A DNA stretch of 64,000 nucleotides from Octopus vulgaris (GCA_951406725.2 OX597819.1:87544001-87608000); one strand, 5' to 3'; positions 39,015 through 51,339 are shown, numbered from the stretch's first letter. Notes: a model not told the origin generated them from the letters alone. Program-made: numbers and translations.

Positions 39015-40012
39015 ATTTCAAATTTTGGTACAAAACCAACAATTTCGGGAGAGGAATAATTTGATTACATCGACCCCAATGCTGAACTGGTACTTATTTT
39101 ATCGACTCTGAAAGGATGAAAGACAAAGTCAACCTCGGCGGAATGTGAACACCGAACGTAAAGAGGGGAAATGCTGCTAAGCACTTTACCCGGCGTGCTA
39201 ACGATTCTGCCAACTTATCGCCTTTCTTTAGCGAAATATATTGGCTTCAAATTTTGGCACAAGGCCAGCAATTTGTGGGTAGGGGTAAGTCGATGTAATT
39301 TATCCCAGTGCTCAACAGGTACTTATTTCATCGATTCCGAGAGGATGAAAGGCAAAGTTGACCTCGGCGGAATTTGAACTCGGAGCAGCTTGCCGCCTTC
39401 TTCTTTTTTTACCGTAATATATTGATATCTTCCATCTTTTACATGATTCAGTCACTGGACTGTTGGACTTCAGCCATGCTGAGGCACCACCTTGAAGGGC
39501 TTAGACAAACGATTTGGCCCCAGTACTGGTACCTATTGTGTCGGTTTCTTCTTGCCGAACCGGTAAGCTGCCAGGGCGTAGACAAACCAATACTGATTGC
39601 TAAGGATGGGAGAGGGTTTAACACAAAATTCAAGGACACACACATAGATATGTACACACATATAAACATACCTACAAACAAGCATAAATATATATGTGTG
39701 CGTGTATGTGTGTATGTATGTATGTGTGTGCGTGTATGTGTGTGTATGTATGTGTGTGTATGTGTGTATGTATGTGTGTGTATGTGTGTATGTATGTATG
39801 TAATTATGCATGTACAGTATGTGTGTGCGTGTGTGTGTGTGTGTGAATATGTATGCAACGAGTTGCAGTTTCTGTCTACCAAATCCATTCACAAGAATTT
39901 GATCGGATCAGTGCTACAGCAGAAGACACCTGCCCAAGATGCCACGCAGTGGGACTGAACCCGGAACCATATGGTTGGGACGTAAACTTTTTACTACACA
40001 GCCACGCCTGCG
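39015..40012 (-). mobile_element. Two family A SINEs (39015-39225, 39245-39385) and a family B SINE (39440-40012)
   Basis: Reverse-complement consensus matches; the family B copy has an expanded internal TG/TATG tract. Confidence 0.8.
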
Positions 40013-40941
40013 CTATGTATTGATTTTAAAACAGACACAAGCCCATACATATTGAAAGCCATTGTAATGGATTTGATCATTTCCGTACATCTTCATTAAT
40101 CAATGACCCCGTTGACAGTGATTTTCATTAATCAATGACCCTGTTGACACCGCCATTCCTTTTCCTAAACTACGCTCTCTAGTTCATTCCAAGTGTACCC
40201 CCTCCTCCTTGACATTCGCTAGTCGAACCTTAACTGAAGTAATTTTTTGTTGACGTCTTCTCCGTTTTCCTTGGAAATTCATGAAAGATCCAGCCTTACA
40301 AAGTTCGTTACTCGTTTGTGAGCCATCTGCCCAATCTACTTTTACTGCCTCCTCTTTATCTCTTGTTCAGATTGCAGTACCTGACTGATTCTTCTTTACT
40401 TTATGGACACGGGGAGATGAAAAACAAAAGCGGAGCTTCATGTGATTTGAACTCAGAACGTAAAAAGGAAATATAACAATGATTTATATGAAAGGTACAA
40501 AGCCTCTTTTCGTTCCGTTGTACTTTACTCCTACATTATTTTATCGACGCAGTAAAGATGAAAGAAAATTACAACAACAACAACAACATTTTAATGGGTA
40601 TCAGGAACAATTTTACAACTCATTCACTCTTCCTCGATTGCTCGATAAAATACATAGACACTAGTCAAAATCTAAGGTCAAATCCAGCTAGTTATACTTC
40701 CTTTTCTGAGTAACTTAATGTCGTTTTAAGACATTTTAGAGAGTATCATCACTGTTGACGGGTGTCTTGGTTGATTCATAATTTGTAAAAAATACTTTCG
40801 TGAAATAATTGTAGCAGATATTCTAAATAAGGTTCCGGCTCCTGTTCACGCAATAAACTCCAAGATAATAAATGTTTATCATAGTTACCTTAGTAAAGTA
40901 AACTGGAAATTGTGGCATGTGAATACGTGAATCAATGGATG

Positions 40942-40979
<38 letters not shown>

Positions 40980-42060
40980 CAATTGCTTGCTTCGACGACA
41001 GAATTAGTTGACCGTCTCTTCCTGACAAGTCTGTATTATTATAGTTTAGGATTCTAAGAATCAGAAGTAAATTGCGCTAATAACCGAAAGTGACGATAGT
41101 GATATCCTATAATTTCTTAGAGAACGTAAATAATTCCTTCATTATGTTACGTCCACAGTTATCTACATGTATAGTACATTCTAGTGAGGTGTTCGCTCCA
41201 AAGTACTATAACCAACAAAGAGACCACCGAGAAGGCAGTTCGGTATAGCCAACACAGCTACATGTGAGTATATAATCCTACATGACTATTGAGATATCGA
41301 GAAAGAAACGACGAGACTGATGGCATTGTTCCTGTCAGTTCACATAAAGTATAAGAGCTTTTATGGGGTGGGGAGGGGAAAGAGCCATTTAACTCTATCA
41401 ACAATAGTTCAATTGATATACATATGTAAGAGACTATTCGCAGGAAGGAAATGATTTTTTTTTAAACTGGAAGTGCGTTATAATACAATGGTTTGTAACG
41501 GGATTGGTACAATTTCCAGAGAGATGTTTTGAGCTGCACTTGGAAACTCATTAACAGCTCAGTAAATTGAATGATACAGGATGTCCCGTTAACGTGGAAA
41601 CAAACAAATTTAAACCTTTACACCAAAAATATCACTGAGGAGAGTGGCATGGAAGTCACTGGGTAATAGAAAGAGGCACAGGGAAATGCTGCTTGACTGA
41701 GGTCCTTAATCGCACGCACAAAACACTTTGGCCCATTATAAGACATTAGATACCAATAGGAACACATTCAATATCCGGTGAGTAGATTTCCTAAGTGGAT
41801 CTCAACAATTTCTATACTCATGGAGTTGTCAATTTCATTGACCCAAACGACGATAGCACCCATGTACAGACGATAGATGGGTGATGGATGACTTGCTAAG
41901 AAAATTAGGAGGCAATATTAAATTAACATCATATCTTTAAATATATGTATAGCAAAACAAATTTAGAGAACGTGAAAAGCTATTCTCGTGAATCTCATTT
42001 CGGGCATAAATGACTGTTATGTTTTCCCATATACGTGTTTGTTTTCATCTTATATAAATA

Positions 42061-42280
42061 TATGAGGGGGTGCTGAAAAGTTCCTGGCTTTAAGGGTGCC
42101 GCGAAAGGCCTGGCTGGAAGCACAACCTCCCGAGTTCATTTACAAGGCTTAGATAAACTGAAGGACCGTTGCAATAAGTGTGTGAATCTGAGAGGGGAAT
42201 ATGTTGCATAAAATCATAATTAACTAACCTTCCTGTACTTTCTTTTACCCAAAGCCAGGAACTTTTTATCACCCCTCGTA
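42061..42280 (+). mobile_element. Mariner-derived MITE, best-preserved copy
   Basis: TATGAGGGGGTGCTGAAAAGTTCCTGGCTTT / AAAGCCAGGAACTTTTTATCACCCCTCGTA. Retains a transposase C-terminus, GLDKLKDRCNKCVNLRGEYVA*. Confidence 0.92.
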
Positions 42281-42539
42281 TATACGGTTTTCAAGTTATA
42301 TATAATATATGTACGCTCCATATACATTGGTTACGTAACATACTTTGTTTAGATGAAGTTATAAGAATGTCACTAGCGTCACTCGCAGTCAATTTACATT
42401 CATTTGTTTTGTCAAGTTACTTTCACCTTTTATAACACTAAACTGCAAGTTAACCAACTTGAACTTTCTGATCTTCCTTCTTCCTTGAGAATGTTATGCG
42501 GAAACAATGACTTGTTTTTTTGTTTTGTTTTTTTTGCAG

Positions 42540-42577
42540 CTATAAAACAGAATTATAGAATTGGATCATTTTTACAG
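42540..42577 (+). other. Candidate 38-nt exon
   Basis: Long T-tract + gcag|C acceptor, CAG|gtatgg donor; one open frame xIKQNYRIGSFLQ. Confidence 0.3.
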
Positions 42578-43939
42578 GTATGGGAGACGTGTCCAATATA
42601 TTTCGGTCATAGACGACCTCAGCGAAACCTAAACTACATTCTAGTTGCTGAAGCTGTGATGAGAGAATCATTGAAAAATTAGAATATACTTTTAAGTCAC
42701 CGATATTAAATTTTAGAGATGCCATCTGCTTGAAAAATCATAGTTAATTTTGTGTTTATAGATTTGATGTAACGAACATTAAAGATCTTTAGAATTTCAG
42801 AATTGTGACGCATTTAAACATATACCGAATTTTGGCGCAGTATCCTCATATTTGAGATCTATTTCGCAATTGTAAGCGATGTGAGTATTAACGAACTAAC
42901 GAGTGTATCTGTAAATGATTTTTCGATTTGTTAGAAATAACGTCCAAATTTTCCTCAAATCACGCTCTACTAAATCAGAAAGGGATAGACTGGATAATGA
43001 AGTTCTAAATTCCTAGTTCCTGAAAAATAAACTAAAAAATGGGATGGTTACAGTTGGAATGCCTTTTGGTATTAAATTATATTCGACTAGCTTACCTGTA
43101 GCTAAACAACAACAGCAGCAGTGGTGGCTGCTGTTTCGTTAGTATCCAGCGCTGGATTTAAGCCCTCTTTTGTGTGTGAATGAACACCATGAAACCACTC
43201 CAAGTTATCAGTATCAGTAGCACATTTTCCACCTGACACCTGTATAAAGCGGCAGAAGATAACAACAACAACAATAGCATCTACTATAGACATATTTATT
43301 TTATATACTGGTAAATGTAGAAGAACAGCTATTCAGCTTTCGGTTGAAATTCTCTACGAATAACTAAAGAAAAATTTAGTCATTGGTGGACACGATTAAA
43401 CTTTTAGTAGCGTGTTCGATTAAACTTCTGGTGACAGTCACTTATATACAATAAAGAAGTGTCTGCTCGGTCCCTCGAGTAGAAATTACCACCAGACTTC
43501 CCTCTACTATCTTAAAATGGTTGAATATACTAGATAATTCAATTTAGGGTATGATATACTAAAAATGAAGACGTGATGATCACATGTAAACCGTCGGTCG
43601 GACTATTCAGTTTCATCGTAAAGAGCTATATCAGAAAGATGTTGCAGATTTAGAAGAGATTTAGAATGTAGCATGATCATATATCAAATTAAAATATTTT
43701 CATAAAGACAGATTTATCCTTCCGTTGGTTTTTCAATGTTGTGAAAGATTTTAGTTGAGTTTCGAGCCCCAGCTGAATCCTGATCAAACAACCTTATTAA
43801 TCAAAGGCATTCAAGTCGTGGCTATCTCATCTTTTTAGTGTAACTAGTAGGGTGGTATTTGTAGGGTTACGAGGGTTGTTGTACAAGGGTGCAAAATTTC
43901 AAAAGAAAAAAATATAAGAAAGCAGTAATAATGATAATA

Positions 43940-44149
43940 ATTCTTTCGATTATAAGCACAAAGCTTGAAATTTTGGGGAGGAGACTACTTCATTACATCG
44001 ATTCCATTGCTCAACTGTCATTCACTTTATCAATTCCGAAGGATGAAAGGCAAAGTCACCCTCGGCAGGCTTTGAACTCAGAATTTGAAGCTGGAAGAAA
44101 TGCCACTAAACCTTTCGTCCGGCGTGCTAATGATTCTGTCAGCTCGCCA

Positions 44150-44224
<75 letters not shown>

Positions 44225-44266
44225 CAACAACAGTTGTTGTTGTTGTTGTTGTAATTATTATTATTA

Positions 44267-44301
<35 letters not shown>

Positions 44302-44718
44302 GTTATTGTTATTATTATTATCCTTTCTACTATAGGCACAATGCCTGAAATTTGGGAGGAGGGAACAAGTCGATTACATCGACCCCAGTGTTTCACTGGT
44401 ACTTATTTTACCGACCCTGAAAGGATAAAAGGCAAAGTCGAACACTGCGGAATTTGAACTCAGAACGAAGCGACAGACGAAATACCTATTTCTTTACTAC
44501 CCACAAGGGGCTGAACACAGAGAGGACAAACAAGGACAGACAAACGGATTAAGTCGATTATATCGATCCCAGTGCGTAACTGGTACTTATTTAATCGACC
44601 CCGAAAGGATGAAAGGCAAAGTCGACCTCGGCGGAATTTGAACTCAGAACGTAACGGCAAATGAAATACGGCTACTCATTTCGCCTGGCATGCTAACGAT
44701 TCTACCAGCTCACCGCCC
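43940..44718 (-). mobile_element. Family A monomer (43940-44152) and dimer (44320-44718) separated by a compound trinucleotide tract
   Basis: Consensus matches; dimer junction aaagaaata|ggtatttcgtc near 44486. Confidence 0.88.
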
Positions 44719-44904
44719 TTAAGAAGAAGGAGGAGCAGGAGCAGGAGGAGGAAGAGGAGGAGCAGGAGAAGGAGAAGAAGAAGAAGAAGAAGAAGAAGAA
44801 GAAGAGCGCGTCCTCCCCGCAGTACTTGCCTCACTCCGAAGACTAACAACTCACGCTACGTGTGTTCTGTATATATATATTTGTATTTATGTGCCCATCT
44901 GTAT

Positions 44905-44963
44905 ATTCAACTGATGAAGGCAGAGCTTATTTGAAGCAAAGCTAGAAATCCAGGATCTTGAAT
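44905..44963 (+). ncRNA. Type I hammerhead ribozyme fold (PLE-type)
   Basis: Stem I ATTCAA/TTGAAT, core CTGATGA, stem II GGC-GCTT/AAGC-GCT, GAAA, stem III TCC-a-GGA, cleavage triplet AUC (after 44957). Confidence 0.78.
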
Positions 44964-45187
44964 TATCCGGTAATATCTTTTTGCTTGTTTATTTTGTCTC
45001 TCTGTCTTATCTCATGGAGCGATATGAACATTTAAGGTGGTTTTTAGAGTCAGGGTTTTGACTGCTATCTCGGCATGGAGGTGCCTCTCAGATACCCTTA
45101 TTTATAGTTGTAAAAAATTATTACTGTTGTATGGTATTTATTCCCATGCTGGCCACTTGATAATATCGATATTATCCTTATTTATAA

Positions 45188-45229
<42 letters not shown>

Positions 45230-45231
<2 letters not shown>

Positions 45232-45900
45232 CGGGAAGCTTTATGAAAATAGACAAAAGACGAAGGCAGGTGGAAAACAAACGAACAATTGTAATAGTAT
45301 GGCGCTCAGGAAATATAAATAAAACAAGTCTTTAACGTTTCGAGCCTACGCTCTTCAACAGAAAGATACACAGAGAGAAAAAAAACACAGAAAGAAGGAG
45401 AGAAAAAAATGCGTGCAGTAGCTAACGAATCAACATGGCGATCTGATTTCGGCCAGAGGTCAAAGATCAAACATGAGACGCGAGAGCGAAATAAGGGGAG
45501 ATAATAGGGTTGATAATAGGGTTGATAATAGGGTTGAAAATAGGGTTGAAGGACCAGCTAATAGTGCGTAGGAGGGGTCTTGACGTGTGTATGTATAGGG
45601 TTGGTGTATGTATTAGTATGTATAAGGGTGTGTGTGTGTGTGTGTGTGTATGAGAGAGTATTAGTGCGTAGGATTGGTCTGGACGTGCGTATGTATGGGG
45701 TTGGTGTATGTATTAGTACGTATTAGTATGTATAAGTGTGTGTGTGTGTGTGTATGAGAGAGTATAAGTGCGTATGAGGGGTCTGGATGTGTGTATGTAT
45801 AGGGTTGGTGTATGTATTAGTATGTATTAGTATGTATTAGTACGTATTAGCATGTATTAGTTGGTGTATGTATTAGTATGGCACATCATATATGATGTGA
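45230..45900 (-). mobile_element. PLE-type terminal repeat with tandemly repeated interior
   Basis: 45230-45430 is homologous to 49913-50095 and 27190-27360. Contains 12-bp (ataatagggttg) x4 and a ~100-bp unit x3; ends at (TA)n. Confidence 0.65.
45329..45366 (-). ncRNA. Minimal hammerhead motif, variant core CUGUUGA
   Basis: TCTTT CTGTTGA a GAGC gtag GCTC GAAA CG TT AAAGA: perfect stems I and II, palindromic ACGT stem III. Confidence 0.7.
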
Positions 45901-47169
45901 TGTGTAAAGTCGTGTGGTGTAGTGAGGAGAAGAGGAGGAGGGGAGAAGAGGGGGAGAGAAGGGGAGGGGAAGGAGAGGGGGAGGAGAGGGGGGAAGAGGA
46001 GAGGAGGGGGAGAAGGAAGGGGGGGAGGAGAGGGAGGAAGGAGGAATATATATATATATATACATACACATATGCATACACATATAAAGCTATAAATATT
46101 TACATGTATATGTATATCTAATACATATGTGGGAAATTCTGTCTCTGTGTGTGTTTGTGGAGTTGTTAGCTAACTCCTCCATCGTTTTATCGATTTTGAT
46201 GAAACTTGATACGTTAGTAGAACTCATGTCTGGAAACCTCGTGGCATACTCAGATTGTTGAAGAAACCGATAATAGGGACTCTGGATAGAAACTGATAAA
46301 AAGCGGTTTCTTTTCCAATTTACTTTCACTGTTTTACGATTGTAAATTTCACGTTAACCGCCCACCCACTCAAATCCATTTGCTTAAATCCACTTCTTTC
46401 ACCTTCGCCTTAACACCATTGCTTTAGTCACAGATGCTGTACTCAATACTTTCGCAGACCAGAGAACGAGAATATCCTTGGAACTCTTTTTCCTTTTTAT
46501 TTAAACAGAATATTAAAAAAAAACATGAACTTCATCCAAGTGTCTCTTCTTTCAGTCTAACAAAGTTTTAAGTGGTAATGAGTACTGTCCCTCCTTATAT
46601 AAACTAATTTAAAAAATAAAGAATCATCGAGGTGTAACAGATCCAAACAAAGAAAATTATTTTCCACTGTATTTTAATTTATGACGTCAAATAAATATAG
46701 AGTTATGTCATGTGGCACCAAGCGTTAACTATTAATCGTCGTTGAAAGTCGCAATTAATTCTATTCGTTACCAGAAATATACAATAGTCATGAGTGAGTG
46801 GGTTTCGTTTCGGTACAGAATTTTCCCACTGTTTTCATGAAATTATATTATACAACTGACAATTCGTTTCGTGGTGTCATGCTCTTGTCAAACATTTAAC
46901 TCTTCAAAGATCAAACTGAAATATAAATTAGTCAACGTTATGAGTTAAATCCTGTGAGAAAGTTCAGATCTACTTAACATTTTTGGAAAACTGGAAATAA
47001 CCTTTTTCTAATGTATTCATGTAAAAGGTTTAAATTACGCCTTTATGAAAAGGTAAATGCTATTAGTTGTTGCGACAGCAGTATTTGATAAAAGGTTGAC
47101 CCAAATTAAAATCCATGTATAAAACAGGTATATTCATTTACGACTTTGGAATAAAGGATAAAGATCTTT

Positions 47170-47390
47170 CCCGAGTCATATCGACCGACTCATAGGGCCG
47201 GTTTCTCGGTTTCTCTGGCGTGTATATTCCCCAACGCACAAGACGTCTGTCAGTCGCAAGATTAATCATTTTTGCCAGCCGAGTTGACTGGAGCAACGTG
47301 AAATGTTTTCAAGAACACAACGCATTGCCCGATCTAGGAATCGAAACCACAATCTTACGATCATACCCTAACTATCCTGCCACACACCTC
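47170..47390 (-). mobile_element. tRNA-derived SINE, family D
   Basis: ggtttcgattcct B-box + gcgttgtgttcttga + cacgttgctccagtc; related heads at ~12315-12400 and 61810-61940. Confidence 0.65.
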
Positions 47391-47989
47391 CAGTAACTTA
47401 AGAATATGGTTACAACTTTTGTGATTTCGTAAAGTCGATGATTCTACTCCTGTATTTGATTACCACTTTTGCTACTTTTGTTATCAAAAACATAGTCGAT
47501 GTCGGTGAGATCAGAATGTTTTTGAAATGTTTAAACACCCTAAGGCAGTGACGTTGCAAGAGCGTGTGCCGCTCGGGGCAGCGCTTGAGCTGGTCGCCCC
47601 TCGCTCGGAAATACAGTCTATACAGGCTTATACAGAAGACCAAAAAGTGCCGCCTCCATAAAAGCGTTATTCGCGATGAACCTCCTCATTTAACCCCTCC
47701 ACCACCACGCTATTATCTTAAGGATACTACGCTATTATCTTAAGGAAATTCCTCTTCTGCTCTGTCGATTCTAGTTTTTATTGCTTTGCAATGAGGTAAA
47801 TATATTGAGATGTATAATTTAAATAAAGCAAAAGACACTTGTTTGTCACCAGCTTTCGTTCTCTTCATAAAGAGGTTCTGGCCTCGAAATATTGAAATAT
47901 AAGGTAAAAGCGTAAAGTGCTACATTGTTATACATTGGTTATACTTTCACTCTTTTATCTCCAGCTCCCATCACTCAATGTTTATCCTA

Positions 47990-48184
47990 TCTTTTGCTTG
48001 TTCACTCATTTGACTGTGGCCATACTGAGGCACTGCCTTGAAGGAATATTTTTTTATTCGAACGAATCGACCCCAGGACTTATGTATTTTAAGCCTATTA
48101 CTTATTCTATCGCCCTCTTTTGCTGAACAGTTAAGTTACAGATATGTAAACACACCAGCACCGGTTGTCAAGCATTGATGGGGG

Positions 48185-48226
<42 letters not shown>

Positions 48227-48478
48227 ACACTCACACACACACACACATACACACTCACACACACACATACATACATACATACATACATACATACATACAT
48301 ACATACATACATACATACACATACATACGACGGGCTTCTTTCAGCTTCCGTCTACCAAATCCACTTGCACTTTTGGTCGACCAGAGGTAATACAGAAGAC
48401 ACTTGCCCAAGGTGCCACGCAGTGGGACTGAATCCGGAACTTGTGGCTGTGTAGCGAGCTTCTTGCTACACAGCCACA
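47990..48478 (-). mobile_element. SINE family B
   Basis: Consensus match with expanded internal (CA)/(CATA)n. Confidence 0.85.
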
Positions 48479-48618
48479 TCTGAATAATTTAAACAGAGAT
48501 ATTGGTTAAGACGTACCTAGTATAAAGCTAATGCTAAGCTTGAGTTAAGAGTAAAAAGTTGAGAATAAACAGCGGTAAGACTGAGTTTGGAGAAAAGGCG
48601 TTACAATTTTACTTACAA

Positions 48619-49014
48619 CTAGCAGTATCGCCCGGCGTTGCTCGGGTTTGTAAGGGAAATAACTATATAAGCATTTTTAGAGAGTTATAGCCAAAAAATA
48701 GCAAAAAATGCATTAAAAATGGGAAAAAAATGATGGTAAATTTTTTTTTAAATCGTTGACTCATCATAGACATTTTTAGAGAGTTACTTCCCTTATATAA
48801 TAGCGAAAAAATGCATTAAAATGGAAAAAAATGATGGTAATTTTTTTTTTAATCGTAGACTCATCGTAGACGCGCGCTAATACCCAGACGGGCTCGATAT
48901 GAATCACGACTATAAGATACCCGGTTTTGGTTAAACTGCACCGCAAAATGTGGGAGTAGTTAGGAATCTAAATCGTAGGAGACAGACACACAACTTCACT
49001 TTTATATATAAAGA
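48619..49014 (-). mobile_element. Non-autonomous Helitron
   Basis: Minus strand A|TCTTTATATATAAAAG...CCCGAGCAACGCCGGG hairpin, 8 nt, CTAG|T. No TSD. Internal ~100-bp tandem duplication at 48672-48871. Confidence 0.9.
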
Positions 49015-49429
49015 TATTTTTTCACGCTTTCAGTTCAAAGTTATTACAGATTTGACCATGTCTCTGAACTTTCTTGGTTCGATAAAACCGATGAAATAAT
49101 GAACTGTGTCTCTGCTCACTTCTTAACACGTATTCGCTAGCGCATAAATGCTATCCTGTTTACATAGGCTTGTTTTGATCTCCTGCTCATACATCGTATT
49201 GCACTCTGGCCTACCCATCTCCTCATACATACATACAACCACTCACACTTTGTCACTCATCTGTCACATTTCACTTCCTCTTCTTATTTCTATGCACAAC
49301 GAACAATTGCTCTCCTTTGCTAGAAACCATTTACACACTGTTCATTTCCGTTCTGCCATTACTAATTATAATTTTTGAATCAAGCACGTATAACTTTTAC
49401 AACAACATTTGCCTTTTTAAATATTTTCT

Positions 49430-49498
<69 letters not shown>

Positions 49499-49622
49499 TG
49501 TGTGTGTGTGTGTGTGTGTGTGTATAAGTTCAGTAAAATTTAGATTCAGTTGAATATGGTACTTAAGTTAAAGGCACCAGAATTTAGTATGGTATTATCC
49601 ATATAATTCAAAATGGGATGAT

Positions 49623-49899
49623 TATAATCAAAATAAGCAACATGGGTATCCAGAGGTAAGGCAGTACGATCGTTTCATGCGACTCCATTTAATTGAACAA
49701 TGCAAATATTACATCAATTTAAAATGTAGAGCAATCTTAAGCTGCATAAAAATATAACTAAATTCTATATTTTTATGTAGCTGAAGATTGCTCTATATTT
49801 TGAATTGATGTAATATTTGCATTGTTCAATTAAATGGAGTCGCATGAAACGATCGTACTGCATTACCCCTGGATATCCTTGTTGGGTATTTTGATTGTA
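49623..49899. repeat. Long inverted repeat (~134-bp arms, 9-nt spacer) made of two PLE-type repeats
   Basis: 49623-49756 is the near-perfect reverse complement of 49766-49899. Confidence 0.95.
49775..49863 (+). ncRNA. Type I hammerhead fold with extended stem II
   Basis: Stem I ATGTAG/CTGCAT, core CTGAAGA, ~58-nt stem II closed by TGC/GCA, GAAA, palindromic stem III CGATCG, cleavage triplet GUA (after 49857). Confidence 0.72.
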
Positions 49900-50012
49900 T
49901 ATATATATATATATAACGGGAAAGTTTACGAAAATAAACAAAAGACGAAGGCAGGTGGAGTACAAACAAACAAATGTATTAGTATAGCGCTCAGGAATAG
50001 AAATAGAAAAAG

Positions 50013-50050
50013 TCTTTTACGTTTCGAGCCTACGCTCTTCGACAGAAAGA
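50013..50050 (-). ncRNA. Minimal hammerhead motif, variant core CUGUCGA
   Basis: TCTTT CTGTCGA a GAGC gtag GCTC GAAA CG TA AAAGA. Confidence 0.7.
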
Positions 50051-51291
50051 TACACAGAAAAAAACAAGGAGAGAAAAAAATGTGTGTAGAAGCTAATATA
50101 TATATATATGTGTGTGTGTGTGTGTACACACCCACACACACACATACAAAGGGCTTTGCTCAATACGTGAATACTTCATTTTCTTTAACTTTGGTTTCTT
50201 TTTTAATCATAACTTCAGGTTTTTGGTCTACCTTCTTCGCCTACACAAACCTACAACTGGATACCACAAATTTTAGTATTCTAATATTCTCTAATTCTGG
50301 TTTTATATATAGATATGCATATATATGTATGCATATATATGTATGCATATAAGTGTATATCAGAGGCGACTCCAAGCCATCAACGTCACTCGGGCTCATC
50401 ACAGATTTCGCATAAGACACTTGTATAAAAGAAGATAAGAGACGTAATGCATATCGCAGACATACATATGCACGGATAATTTAACAGTAAGCAAGTCTGC
50501 TGCTTCTAGCGAAAGAATGCCTCGTTTTTCCGCAATATTTCTAGCCCCAAATAGCTTATGTTTTAAATTATTTTTTTATATTTATATCTAGCACTATATC
50601 TTTCTCCATTTCTTAGTTAAGGGTAAAAATAAGGCAACCATGCAAAACACAACTGATCTTTACACATAGACGTACAACAATCAAATAATGAAAGCGGAGT
50701 GCACAACAAACACCAGCGATCTGACTGCCGTCGCCAGTACTCTTGACAAGAGATGTCAGCTAGTCCTTTACACTTTACCAGGCTCGTTCGTATCAGCCCG
50801 AGTTACTAGATAATTTTTCGTTCCTTTAAGAATATTGTAGAAGGGAAACTTTTCATAGACTGGAATTTAAATCCTAATCTCTATAGAAATTCATTATTTC
50901 AAGAAAGCATTGTTTTGAATTACTTTTAATTTTTACGATTATAGATAACAATTTGGGCTGTAACTTCTAAACCCGAGTCAGGCGCGTGTGAACGACGTCC
51001 AGAGAACGTCTACTACGAATGATATTTTTTGACACAAGGCACCTCTAAAATGACCGCCAGACGCTGAAGGAAAATAAATTAACTGCGACCAGGCTCGATA
51101 ATAGGAGCCCGTGTTATTGGTTGAAATTACATACTTGAAGTCAGTGTTGGCAGAAATTAAATCAGCTTGCAAATACATGTTCACTTCACTAAATTTATAC
51201 TCGGGCTAAGCCCGAACGGCCCGAGTGCCACTGACGTACACACACACACACACACACACACAAACATACACACACGCACGCACACACACAC

Positions 51292-51339
<48 letters not shown>

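Noticed and set aside
40092-40149. ~32-bp direct duplication (similar one at 58325-58385)
   Set aside because: Ordinary slippage duplication with no associated structure.
45505-45880. Regularly spaced repeats suggesting a CRISPR-like array
   Set aside because: Contiguous tandem units with no unique spacers, eukaryotic context, no cas genes.
46115-46260. Possible Helitron 5' end (TCTAATACATA...cgattttgatgaaactt)
   Set aside because: No matching 3' hairpin/CTAG found.
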